Shown: one piece after another, positions 38,992 through 48,315 of the stretch | Position numbering within the stretch: the stretch's first letter is position 1 | Layout of the letters: each line of letters starts with the position of its first letter | Assembly (NCBI GenBank): GCA_964538235.1 | Contig: CAZIFJ010000001.1 | Location: 31,348 to 95,347, forward strand | Reading direction: 5' to 3' | DNA from: Candidatus Woesearchaeota archaeon | GTDB lineage: Archaea; Nanobdellota; Nanobdellia; Pacearchaeales; GW2011-AR1 | Length of the DNA: 64,000 bases | The notes under the pieces: generated by a model | Seen by the model: only the letters and a program-made list of their open reading frames with translations | The model's database searches: none | Told to the model about the DNA's origin: nothing | Translations under genes and position numbers: made by a program

Positions 38992-41040
38992 TCAACTCAC
39001 AATCTTAGAAGAATCGTTTTCTTTTTTTAATTTTATAACATGATCCACAAAATTTTCTATTTTTTGCTCATGGCTGACAATAATTAATTGCTTTAATTTA
39101 AGCTCTTTTATTATGTCTTTAATTTTATCTATCTGCACATCCGAAAATCCTTCTGTTGGCTCGTCTAAAATCAAAAGATCTTTTGTTTTTATACTGCTAA
39201 AAACAGAATTAATTGTCTGATTTAAAGCAAGCCTATATGCCAACGCCAAAGCAGTTCTCTCTCCTCCAGAAAGAAAAGAATAATCCATCTCAATTCCTTT
39301 ATGAATTATCACAGGTGTAAACGTCTCGTCAACATGCACTTCAAAAGACTCTTGAGGAACAAAAACATAAAACCATTTACTAAATAAAATAGAAAACTCT
39401 CTTCTGAGCTTAATCAAAACCTGTCTCTCAATAAACTCTACTAAATTTAAAAAATAATTCCCAAGCCAGTTTATTACATCGTTAATTTTATTTAATCTAT
39501 CTTTAGATTTTTCTTTTTCGTAAATTTCTTTTTCTTTTCTTTTCATTTCCAAGGAAAGCATCTCTTTTTCTTTTTTAAATTCAGCAATTTTAATTTCAAA
39601 TTCTCTTTCAGTTTTAAAGCATTTTTCTAATTCTTCTTTTTTTAATTTTACTAAATTATCAAACCTGCTAAATTCAAAAATCTGTTGTTTTAATCTATTA
39701 ATATGACCTTCTAACAATAAAATATCTTTTTCATGATTATCTTTTTGTTTTTTTAATTCGTTTACTTTTTCAATTGATTTTTTAATCTGTTCTTGCTTCG
39801 ATTTTTTTATTTCAAGCTCTAATTTTTTTTCCTCAATTTTTTTTATTTCAAGCTCATCTTTTTCAATTTCTTTTTTCAATCTTATTATTTCATCCTCAAT
39901 TAAAGACTTATCCTTTTCTATTTTTGACAGCTCATTTTCAACTTGATTTAAAATATTATATTTGTGTATTTCCGGAACATTTTGCAAACAAGTCGGACAA
40001 AATCTTATATTATATATTCTACCTTTTTTTTCAGATAACTCTTTTTTATTATCTTCAATGTAGTTTATTTTTGATATTAGTCCAATATATTTTTGATTTA
40101 ATTTATCAAAATTAATTTTCATTTGTTTTATTTTTTTATTAATTTCATCCAATTCTTCTTTTTTGAAATTTTGATTTAAAAGAATATCTTTTTCAACTTT
40201 TTCTATTTCATTATTTATATTAAAGAGATTATCCCTTTTTGTAGAAATAAGAAGTTTAGTTTTTTCTAATTCATTATGGAATTTTTCTTTTTCTTTTATC
40301 CTTTCATTTAAATTAGAATATTCTTCTTCGACAATTTTTCTTTCTGCTTTTGCTCTTCTAAATTCTTCTTCTTTCTCTTCTTCTTTCTCTTCAATATTTT
40401 TTACTTTTTCAATTATAGAAAGAATAAATTCTTTTTCCTGCTCAAGATTTTTTATTTCTCCTTGAAGAATTTTTGATTCTTCTTTCAAATTATTTATTAA
40501 AATTTCATTATTTTCTCTTATTTTTTTATATTTTTCAACACCAAATATATGCCTTAAAACTGTTAATCTTGTTTCAGAATCTTCTGTAACAATTTCTTTC
40601 ATTTGCTCTTGAGGAGTATAAACAGTATATCTATAAAGAAGGTTATTTTTTCTTATAAATTCCATAGGATAATTTAATAAATTCAAAACATTATTTTTTA
40701 CTTCTGTTATTGAAGATTCTATTTTATTTCCGTCTATCTCTATAGAAGTATATTCTCCAGTTATATTTTTATTTCCTTTTTTTAATCTTCTTTCGATTAT
40801 TATTTTCTTATCGTCTATTTCAAATTCTAAAACAACTTCTCCAGACAAGCTTCCATTTCTTAATAGAGCTGAGCCTTTAAACCCTGGCTGTAAACCAAAG
40901 AGGGCATACTCAATTGCTAATAATAAACTTGTTTTTCCGCTTCCAACACTTCCAGAAAGTAACAAATTTCCATCTGGAAATTCTATTTCTTCTTCTTCAT
41001 AACTTCTTATATTTTTAATTTTTAATTTTTTAATTTTCAT
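38992..41040 (-). CDS. rad50: Rad50 ATPase (compact, short coiled coil)
   Basis: Walker A GSVGSGKTS, zinc hook CPTC, signature LSGGE, Walker B LLILDEPT, H-loop VSHEQ. Only 682 aa. Confidence 0.85.
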   Translation of the reverse strand: MKIKKLKIKNIRSYEEEEIEFPDGNLLLSGSVGSGKTSLLLAIEYALFGLQPGFKGSALLRNGSLSGEVVLEFEIDDKKIIIERRLKKGNKNITGEYTSIEIDGNKIESSITEVKNNVLNLLNYPMEFIRKNNLLYRYTVYTPQEQMKEIVTEDSETRLTVLRHIFGVEKYKKIRENNEILINNLKEESKILQGEIKNLEQEKEFILSIIEKVKNIEEKEEEKEEEFRRAKAERKIVEEEYSNLNERIKEKEKFHNELEKTKLLISTKRDNLFNINNEIEKVEKDILLNQNFKKEELDEINKKIKQMKINFDKLNQKYIGLISKINYIEDNKKELSEKKGRIYNIRFCPTCLQNVPEIHKYNILNQVENELSKIEKDKSLIEDEIIRLKKEIEKDELEIKKIEEKKLELEIKKSKQEQIKKSIEKVNELKKQKDNHEKDILLLEGHINRLKQQIFEFSRFDNLVKLKKEELEKCFKTEREFEIKIAEFKKEKEMLSLEMKRKEKEIYEKEKSKDRLNKINDVINWLGNYFLNLVEFIERQVLIKLRREFSILFSKWFYVFVPQESFEVHVDETFTPVIIHKGIEMDYSFLSGGERTALALAYRLALNQTINSVFSSIKTKDLLILDEPTEGFSDVQIDKIKDIIKELKLKQLIIVSHEQKIENFVDHVIKLKKENDSSKIVS

Positions 41041-42185
41041 AAGCCTAAAACTTTCCTCGCTTCAGAAATTAATCTGTCTTGAAATATCATTCCAGCTTCA
41101 TCATCCATTTTTTCTATTTGTAAAACTTTAATTAACTCTTTAGACAAATTATTTAATTTGTCAGGATTATTTTCAAAAAAATTTTCTATTATTTTCTCTT
41201 CAATATCTTCATTGCTTGAAATTCCAAAATTAAATTCTTGCTCGGCAGAGTAAAGATTTGATGTGCTCTTAAGAAAAAGATAAGCACCGTTTTGCTTTAA
41301 AAAATCTTCAATTTTTTTAAAATCAATTTCACCTATTCCCCCATCTTCAATAAATCCAGATAGTTTTAGAATAATTATTTTGTCTTCTATTTTATTTTGC
41401 ATTAATAAAGAAATTATTTCATCTGTTGACTTTTTAGATTCTTTTATTTCAAAATTTATTGACAAAACTTCTTTTAATTTTATTATTTGCTTTGAAATTT
41501 TTCCATCATTAATGATATAAAACGAGCCATGTTTTAGCTCTTCTAATTCATTCAATTCATTTGGGAATATTGGTCCAGAATAAACTCTTCCTTCTTTATT
41601 ATAATTAATATGTAAATGTGATAGTGCCAAATAATCAACTTTTGGAAGAGATTTTTCATCTACTGATTTTATAGGAAGATTTCCAATAGCATCTTTTATT
41701 GCTGTATGTAACATTAATATTTTAAATAGCCCAGGAGAGTCTTGCAATTTTATTCTCTTTATATCTTCAACTTCTAAAGAAGATCTTTTTCCAGGGTATC
41801 CATATATAGCAAAATTTTTATAAATTGTTGGCTGAAGAAAAATGTTATTATTTCTCTCTTCAAATTTAGAGGCGTTTTCACAGAATCCAGCCTTTTCCAA
41901 AACATCTAAAAAAGTTTTTCCAGAAATAGAATAATCATGGCTCCCAGCAATTATAAAAACTGGGATGTTTGCTTCTTTTATTTTTCTAAATTCTTTAAAT
42001 GCTTCTTTTAGAATGTCAATAGATGGATAAGCTGAATCAAATAAATCTCCAGTTATTAAAATAAATTCAACTTTTTCTTTTATACATTTTTCAACTGCAA
42101 ATTGAAAACTTTTAAAATTTAAATCTCTTAACTCTGGCTCCCTCCAACCCCCAAGATGACAATCCCCCATATGTGCAAATTTCAT
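41037..42185 (-). CDS. mre11: Mre11 nuclease
   Basis: The phosphoesterase motifs are MKFAHMGDCHLG, GDLFD and GSHD. It overlaps rad50 by 4 bp. Confidence 0.85.
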   Translation of the reverse strand: MKFAHMGDCHLGGWREPELRDLNFKSFQFAVEKCIKEKVEFILITGDLFDSAYPSIDILKEAFKEFRKIKEANIPVFIIAGSHDYSISGKTFLDVLEKAGFCENASKFEERNNNIFLQPTIYKNFAIYGYPGKRSSLEVEDIKRIKLQDSPGLFKILMLHTAIKDAIGNLPIKSVDEKSLPKVDYLALSHLHINYNKEGRVYSGPIFPNELNELEELKHGSFYIINDGKISKQIIKLKEVLSINFEIKESKKSTDEIISLLMQNKIEDKIIILKLSGFIEDGGIGEIDFKKIEDFLKQNGAYLFLKSTSNLYSAEQEFNFGISSNEDIEEKIIENFFENNPDKLNNLSKELIKVLQIEKMDDEAGMIFQDRLISEARKVLGL

Positions 42186-42280
42186 AAAATTTGAATTATA
42201 GCCACTTATTTATAGATTATTATAGAGCAGTTTGAATATAGTAACCCAACTTGGTCTTTCAGTTTTTTCTGTTGGTTTAC

Positions 42281-42390
42281 TACTTCAAAAACCTTCTCGT
42301 CGTAGGTTTTTGAGGCACTCAAAAATCTCTGATTTTTGATGTTAGCGGAGCAACTAAAAGCCACAGAAAAATATAGTTGGTCTGCTATAA
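42281..42390 (+). ncRNA. Structured RNA candidate, family 2 copy 1 (three consecutive hairpins)
   Basis: Hairpin 1 is CTTCAAAAACC/GGTTTTTGAGG, with a G·U that is valid only on the + strand. Hairpin 2 is TCAAAAATC/GATTTTTGA. Hairpin 3 is CAACTA/TAGTTG. The paralogue at 55221 has compensatory changes in hairpins 2 and 3. Confidence 0.55.
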
Positions 42391-42458
42391 TTCAATTTTT
42401 AAGAAAGAATTTTCAAACTTCTTATTAAAGAACTTTACAAAAATCAAAGTTCTCTATA

Positions 42459-42956
42459 CTAATTGCAATCAATTTGCTGGTTTATAATTGCCTTGTTGCA
42501 TAAAGCAATTTCTTTTTTAGAAATAACTGCAGGCTCAATTTCTAACTCATATTTTCTAGGAGAACTTTTTAAAATTTCTTTTATTTTTGAATTTTTTTCA
42601 TTAAAAGAAAGAGAAATAGTTTTTCCAGGAGGAAATGCAGCATTTCCTGGTTCATATATAAAATAAATACTATTATTATTAACCAAATCTTTAACTTCTT
42701 TTCCTGAAGAAGAAATTCTAATATAGCTCGCATCAATTTTGAAAAATCCTTTATTTAGTAAAGTAATATTTAGTTGATTGCCTAACGCTGAACAAGAATA
42801 ATTTTTAACAATCAGCCCGACATCTTCTTGGCATTCTGGTTTTTCTTTTGGAACATAGACGCTCAAATAAGAATAAACTATAACACTCATAGTTACAGCA
42901 ACAATAACTAATAAAACATAGCTTACAATTTCGCTAACTCCTCTTTTAAATTTCAT
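42459..42956 (-). CDS. Archaeal type IV pilin (class III signal peptide)
   Basis: MKFKRGVSEIVSYVLLVIVAVTMSVIV. Confidence 0.7.
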   Translation of the reverse strand: MKFKRGVSEIVSYVLLVIVAVTMSVIVYSYLSVYVPKEKPECQEDVGLIVKNYSCSALGNQLNITLLNKGFFKIDASYIRISSSGKEVKDLVNNNSIYFIYEPGNAAFPPGKTISLSFNEKNSKIKEILKSSPRKYELEIEPAVISKKEIALCNKAIINQQIDCN

Positions 42957-42963
42957 TTTGTTT

Positions 42964-43923
42964 TTATTTTCCGAACTTTGTAAATTTACTTATTAAACTT
43001 GGCTCTTCTTTTTCAGTAATCACTCGTTCATTATTTTTTTCATCCCCGGTTCTTGCAACAAATATTTCTCCGTCTTTTTCTTTTTTAATTATTATAAAGA
43101 ATCTCTGTCCCTGCAGAATTTCAAAATCATATTTTTCACTATCAGATAATATAACTTCAATAATATCTTTTCCTCCATGATTCTTTCTTTTGTTTATTTT
43201 CTCTTTTAAAATTTCTTTTTTTATTCTTTTACAAAAATCGTTGTCTCCTTCAATTAAATGAATTCTTATTTGTTCTTTATCAAGTTTAATTTTCTCAAAG
43301 ATTACTCCAGGAATTTTTTCTGGATCAGTTTCCGTTGTATTAAAATTTAATTCTACTTCTATATTTTGATTATCGTCTTCTTTCAATAGCCTTATTTTTA
43401 TACTATCTCTTTCAAAATCATCAAAATCATCTTTTTCAATTGATTCTTTTATTTTTTCAAAACTTATTTTATACATTTGGTTTTGTACTTCTTCAACTAT
43501 CTCTTCTTTATCTTCTTTAATTATTTCAAATTGTTTTTTGAAGATTATTAGACTTTTATCTTCTAATATTTTATATTTTATTTTTAGACCTTCAAACTCC
43601 TCGCAAGTGAATTCTATTCCCCCACCTTCAAACTTTGTTGCTTCACTATCTCCATAAATCGCAACTATATCTTTTTCAGGGTTTGTTTGTGAATAATGGT
43701 TTATTAATGTTGTAAGATTTTCTTTTATTTGTTCTTCCGATAAATCTCTCAATATACCACTAATAATAACTTGCGATCCTTCAAGATTAAGTTCATTTGA
43801 CAAATCATAAACAGTTAAATCTTCTTCAGAAACTTTAATGGAATTTTGTACATTTACAATACTTAATAGTATAGCCACTATAATAACCGTCGCTACCAAA
43901 AAAAATTGTCCTCTTTTGTTCAT
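42964..43923 (-). CDS. Pilin-like protein (class III signal)
   Basis: MNKRGQFFLVATVIIVAILL from an internal Met. The ORF-track start is 36 nt upstream. Confidence 0.55.
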   Translation of the reverse strand: MNKRGQFFLVATVIIVAILLSIVNVQNSIKVSEEDLTVYDLSNELNLEGSQVIISGILRDLSEEQIKENLTTLINHYSQTNPEKDIVAIYGDSEATKFEGGGIEFTCEEFEGLKIKYKILEDKSLIIFKKQFEIIKEDKEEIVEEVQNQMYKISFEKIKESIEKDDFDDFERDSIKIRLLKEDDNQNIEVELNFNTTETDPEKIPGVIFEKIKLDKEQIRIHLIEGDNDFCKRIKKEILKEKINKRKNHGGKDIIEVILSDSEKYDFEILQGQRFFIIIKKEKDGEIFVARTGDEKNNERVITEKEEPSLISKFTKFGK

Positions 43924-43939
43924 TTTAATGTAGACAGGG

Positions 43940-44200
43940 AGCTTGCTTGATTTTAGCAATTTAGCTGCCTCCTTCCTTCCTCAGTTCTGAACTCCTATAA
44001 GCACCACGATTCCTGTTTAGGGTTGCTCCGATCAAGGTCTGACCCGTTTCGCAGGAGCGAGATCGAATAGGACAAAACCTCAACGTCCAGTAAGAGACTA
44101 AATCCATCCATCTTACTCACTCCTTAGCGCCCCACCTAAAGCCCATTTGTGGAAGGCATAGGGCTAGTATGCCGGCTTGTCTACAAAATAAAAGAAAATT
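43940..44200. ncRNA. GC-rich ~260-nt non-coding island, candidate structured RNA (strand and identity unresolved)
   Basis: It is markedly GC-richer than its surroundings and has no credible ORF. The ends are complementary (TGTAGACA/TGTCTACA) and there are several internal stems (AGTAAGA/TCTTACT, GGCATA/TATGCC, CGATC/GATCG). Confidence 0.45.
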
Positions 44201-44213
44201 AACCCTTATAAAT

Positions 44214-44387
44214 TTATTTATTTTTATGGATAATCTGCTCTTTGATTTTTTCCATGTCTTTGTGAATTTCAACGCCAATTTCTTCTTTCTTTTTTGAAAT
44301 AGACTCAGATACAATAATAAGTGAGAGCAGGGCAATACCTAATGAAAAAGTGTTTATCAAAAAAATTATAACTGCTTCAATTATCAT
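44214..44387 (-). CDS. Small hydrophobic ORF (57 aa)
   Basis: MIIEAVIIFLINTFSLGIALLSLIIVSESISKKKEEIG... It is below the track threshold and could be a membrane peptide. Confidence 0.2.
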   Translation of the reverse strand: MIIEAVIIFLINTFSLGIALLSLIIVSESISKKKEEIGVEIHKDMEKIKEQIIHKNK

Positions 44388-44425
44388 CTTTTCATTAGAA
44401 ATAATTGATATTTAAGATTTGTTAT

Positions 44426-46099
44426 CTACATATTTTCTATTGTTTTTATTCCTAAAAGATTTAAAGAATTTTTCAAAACCTGCGCGAAAGATTGAACAAG
44501 AGCTAAACGAAATTCTTCTTCTTTAGAGCCAACAACCTTTATTGAATGATAAAATTCATTAAATGTTTGTGCCAATTGAAAAGAATAATTTGCAATAGTG
44601 TTTGGAGAGAGATTTTTATATGCATGCTCAACAACAACTGGAAAATTAGCCAAATGAACAATTAAATTTTTTTCTTTTTCATCCAAATTAAAAAATGAAA
44701 ATTTATTTTTTGGATTATATTTTGCTTTTCTTAATATGCTTTTTGCTCTTGCATAAGAATAAAGTAAATATGGACCAGTATCTCCTTCAAAAGACAAAAA
44801 TCTTTCTACGTCAAAAATAATATCTTTTTGTCTGTCATTTTTTAAATCGCCGTAAAAGATTGCTGCTAAAGCTAATGCCTTTGCTCTTTTCTCCAACTCT
44901 GTTTTTGGTAATTTCTCTCTTTTTTCAATTTCTTTTTTTGCAAGAGAAATTGTTTCATCTAAAATATCTTCCATAAAAATAGTTTTTCCTTTCCTTGTCG
45001 CAAACTTTTTTCCATCTTTTTCAAGATATAAACCATGAGATATATGAAAACATTCTTTTGCCCAATTATATCCTAGCAGTTCTAAAATTTTAAAGATTTG
45101 TTTAAAATGTAGAGTTTGTTCAGAGCCAACTTCATAAAACATTCTGTCAAACTTGTATTTTTTATATCTGTCAATCGCCGCAGTTAGATCTCTCGTAGCA
45201 TAAAGCGTGGCACCGTCGCTTTTTTTTATTAAACAAACTCCTAGGCCATATTTATCCAAATTTACAATTTTTGCCCCTTCACTTTCTTCTAATAACCTTT
45301 TCCTTTCGAGATCTTTAATAGTAGACAGCATTTTATTATTATATAAAGACTCTCCAGAAATTTCATCAAATTTTATTCCTAAAATTTCATAAATTTTATT
45401 AAAATATTTTAGACTTAGTTCTCTAAATTTTTTCCACAACGACAAAGCTTTCTTATCTCCATCTTCCAATTTTTTGAACATCTCTCTTGCTTCTTGCTCT
45501 AAACTTTCATCCCCATTTACTTTAACATATAAATCCAAAAGATATTTTATTGGATTTTCCTTCAACTTTTTATTATCTCCAAACTTACTATATCCCAAAA
45601 TCAATTTTCCGAATTGTGTTCCCCAATCTCCAAGATAATTTATCTTTTTCGTTTTGAATCCATTAAATTCAGATATTTTTGCTATAGAATTTCCAATTAT
45701 TGTTGATCTTAAGTGTCCAATTCCGAAAGGTTTCGCAATATTTGGAGAAGACATATCTATAAAAATAATTTTATTTTTTCCATTATTGTTTGAGCCATAT
45801 TTATCTTTCTCTCTCAAAACTTTTTTTAAGGTTTCTTCAGCAATTATTTTCTTATCTATAAAAAAATTAACATACGCTCTGTTAGATTCAACTTTCTCAA
45901 AATTTTTATTTTTTATTTTCTCAGAAATTTCTTTAGAAATCTCTACAGGATTTCTTTTTTTTATTTTTGCTAATGTAAAGCAAGGAAAAGCATAATCTCC
46001 GAGTTTTGAATCTGGAGGAATTTCAATAAGGTTTTCAATTTCTTTTTTATTCAAGCCGACAATCTTGCTTATCTCACTAGAAATTATTTCTTTCATCAA
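44426..46099 (-). CDS. argS: Arginine--tRNA ligase
   Basis: 557 aa. It has the class I HIGH-like FGIGHLRS, an anticodon-binding C-terminus, and an overall ArgRS pattern. Confidence 0.85.
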   Translation of the reverse strand: MMKEIISSEISKIVGLNKKEIENLIEIPPDSKLGDYAFPCFTLAKIKKRNPVEISKEISEKIKNKNFEKVESNRAYVNFFIDKKIIAEETLKKVLREKDKYGSNNNGKNKIIFIDMSSPNIAKPFGIGHLRSTIIGNSIAKISEFNGFKTKKINYLGDWGTQFGKLILGYSKFGDNKKLKENPIKYLLDLYVKVNGDESLEQEAREMFKKLEDGDKKALSLWKKFRELSLKYFNKIYEILGIKFDEISGESLYNNKMLSTIKDLERKRLLEESEGAKIVNLDKYGLGVCLIKKSDGATLYATRDLTAAIDRYKKYKFDRMFYEVGSEQTLHFKQIFKILELLGYNWAKECFHISHGLYLEKDGKKFATRKGKTIFMEDILDETISLAKKEIEKREKLPKTELEKRAKALALAAIFYGDLKNDRQKDIIFDVERFLSFEGDTGPYLLYSYARAKSILRKAKYNPKNKFSFFNLDEKEKNLIVHLANFPVVVEHAYKNLSPNTIANYSFQLAQTFNEFYHSIKVVGSKEEEFRLALVQSFAQVLKNSLNLLGIKTIENM

Positions 46100-46210
46100 T
46101 TAAATTATTTTTAATAATTAATAAACTTTGTTAAAGCCCTCTTGTTAGATATGAATCTTTTGTCTTGCTAAATAATTTAAGATTTGCTTTATTTTTCTAG
46201 TTTACTATTT

Positions 46211-46429
46211 TTATTCGTAATAGCCAAGTCGGTCCACTTCTACAGGTCTGCCTGCTACTTTTTCACGATATCCTCTTAAAGCTTCTTGAGTTCGATTATA
46301 TTCATTTACAAGTCTATTAGCATCCATTCTATCTCTAAAAGCTATAATGTTATTGCTATTTCCGTGGCTTCTTGCTAACATTAATGCCTTTTCAGCATCA
46401 AGTCTATCCCAAAAATCTATAATACTCAT
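46211..46429 (-). CDS. Hypothetical small protein with an atypical composition (Arg/Ala-rich, GC-richer)
   Basis: MSIIDFWDRLDAEKALMLARSHGNSNNIIAFRDRMDANRLVNEYNRTQEALRGYREKVAGRPVEVDRLGYYE. Its codon and amino-acid usage is unlike its neighbours. Confidence 0.4.
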   Translation of the reverse strand: MSIIDFWDRLDAEKALMLARSHGNSNNIIAFRDRMDANRLVNEYNRTQEALRGYREKVAGRPVEVDRLGYYE

Positions 46430-46508
46430 AAATAATTAGAAAGATGTTCAGTTTTAAACTTTTCTATATCTCAATTTTCAACAAACACAGCAGTGTTTGT
46501 TGGTTATA

Positions 46509-46663
46509 AGCCTCTAAGGGGATTTGAACCCCCGACCCCGAGTTTTTTTGTCTGACAAAACCAAGGTTTTGTCAACGCCCGTAGAACTTCTTTCCACGGC
46601 GGCTTCAATTCTGAAGAAATTGAAGCTTACGAAACTCGTACTCTACCGCTGAGCTATAGAGGC
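46509..46663 (-). tRNA. tRNA-Thr (anticodon CGU) with a ~84-nt intron in the anticodon loop
   Basis: Reverse-complemented the sequence is GCCUCUA-UA-GCUC-AGCGGUA-GAGU-A-CGAGU-UUCGUA, then the intron, then A-ACUCG-GGGUC-GGGGG-UUCAAAU-CCCCU-UAGAGGC-U. The intron contains two hairpins. Confidence 0.75.
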
Positions 46664-47013
46664 ACAATCTTAATTTTTTTGCAGGTATATAAATTTTTTT
46701 AAGAAAGAATTTTCAAACTTCTCTCAAAAGAATTTATAAAAGAGTATTTTCTAATATTTGCTTATGCACAAAATTCCCTTATTGAATTTTTTTTATTTAG
46801 AAAGAGGTTTTGATAGAGTCAGTCCAACTTTTACAATTTTCATTTTTTCTTTAATTTTATTTTTTATCGGATTGTTTTTTTCAATATTAAGCTTCCTAAA
46901 AATTTTCGCAGGATTTGTTTTAATAGTCTATGTTTTCGGAGTTTTTGTTTGGTTTTTCAGCCGATAAAATTTTTAATCCTAAGATTTATATACTATTTTA
47001 TCTTAATAAAAAT

Positions 47014-47429
47014 ATGTTTTCAGAAATAAATCTTTTGGCAGTTTTAGGAGTTTCAGTTTTATCTTTTATTATTGGCTGGTTATGGTATTCCCCATTTTTA
47101 TTTGGAAACCAATGGATTAAATTGTCAGGAATAACTCCAAAAATGGCGGCTGAAATGAAAAAAAAGGAGCAGGCAAATCTTACTTTGTAGGATTTCTTTC
47201 AACAATAATTTTAACTTACATCCTTGCATATTTTGTAAAAAAATTTCAGATTGTTTCTTTTGCAGACGGACTCCAACTCGGATTTCTAATCTGGATTGGT
47301 TTTGTCGCAACACTTTCTCTTAGTTCAGTTATATGGGAAAGAAAACCATTTTCATTTTATCTAATTAATTCTGGTTATAATTTAGTTTCTATCGCTCTTT
47401 CAGCAGGAATTTTAGCTGTTTGGAATTAA
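47014..47429 (+). pseudogene. DUF1761-like membrane protein gene interrupted by a 1-nt frameshift in an A8 homopolymer
   Basis: MFSEINLLAVLGVSVLSFIIGWLWYSPFLFGNQW...AAEMKKK stops in frame 1. Frame +2 continues GAGKSYFVGFLSTIILTYILAYF...AGILAVWN. The shift is at GAAATGAAAAAAAAGG, at about 47157-47166. Confidence 0.55.
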
Positions 47430-47462
47430 CAAGATATAAAAATACTAAAGTTTTATTTTTCT

Positions 47463-48314
47463 ATGGAAAATCATAAGAATATTTTGTATTCTCTTGTAGT
47501 TGTTTTATTAATTTTACAAATTATTTCTTTCACAACTCTAAGCTCTCAAGTTTCAAAACTTCATACTCAATTAGATGAAAGTAATACAGCCCAAACTCAA
47601 GCAAGAAAAGAAGTTGTTGACCAGTTCACCTCTTTGTTGGATGTTTATACAAATGAAAATAAAAAAAGTATTTTAACTTTATCTCAAACAATTACAGAGC
47701 AAAAAGATACTTTTGACGAGCAGTTAAGTTCTATTAAATCTTCACAAAATGATTTTTCAGATATTATTAAAGAATCTTTGAAGGGGGTTGTTGGTGTTAG
47801 AACAGACCGCTCAATCGCCACAGGATTTATTATCACTTCTAATGGGTATATTGTAACAAACCATCATGTAATTTCTGGAGCGAGCCAAATAGGGGTTTTA
47901 ACAAACGAGCAGAAAATTCTTCCCGCAGTTTTAGTTGGCTCCGATGCTTTTAGAGATATTGCCTTATTAAAAGTAGAAGGAAATTTTGAGGAACTTGTTT
48001 TAGCAGATTCCGATGATTTGCAAGTCGGGAGAAAAGTAATTGCAATTGGAAACCCACTAGGTTTATCTTTTAGTGTATCTGAAGGAATAATTTCGGGATT
48101 AAACAGAGCAGGTCCAAATAATTTAGAAGAGTACATTCAAGTTGATGTTCCATTAAATCCTGGAAATTCTGGAGGCCCATTAATAGATATTTCAGGACAA
48201 GTCGTAGGTATAAATAATTTCAAAGTTGGGGATTCGGAAGGGCTTGGTTTCGCGTTAGAAAGCAACTCAATAAAATTAACAATAAATAGAATTTCTAATT
48301 CTACAATTTTATAA
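47463..48314 (+). CDS. HtrA/DegP-family trypsin-like serine protease, membrane-anchored, no obvious PDZ
   Basis: There is an N-terminal TM segment. His box TNHHVISGAS, Asp RDIALLKV and Ser box GNSGGPLID are present. Confidence 0.8.
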   Translation: MENHKNILYSLVVVLLILQIISFTTLSSQVSKLHTQLDESNTAQTQARKEVVDQFTSLLDVYTNENKKSILTLSQTITEQKDTFDEQLSSIKSSQNDFSDIIKESLKGVVGVRTDRSIATGFIITSNGYIVTNHHVISGASQIGVLTNEQKILPAVLVGSDAFRDIALLKVEGNFEELVLADSDDLQVGRKVIAIGNPLGLSFSVSEGIISGLNRAGPNNLEEYIQVDVPLNPGNSGGPLIDISGQVVGINNFKVGDSEGLGFALESNSIKLTINRISNSTIL

Positions 48315-48315
48315 A

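Noticed and set aside
43940-44200. Calling this region RNase P RNA or SRP RNA outright
   Set aside because: ACAGGAAUCGUGGUGCUUAUA vaguely resembles RNase P CR-V. GAGGAAGGAAGGAGGCAGC resembles the SRP helix-8 3' strand. I could not find the complementary P4 strand, CR-I, or a GNRA-capped helix 8, so the identity is left open.
44117-44335. 72-aa ORF (MPCSHLLLYLS...)
   Set aside because: It lies within the GC-rich non-coding island. The Cys/Leu/Arg-rich translation looks random, and a structured RNA is more likely.
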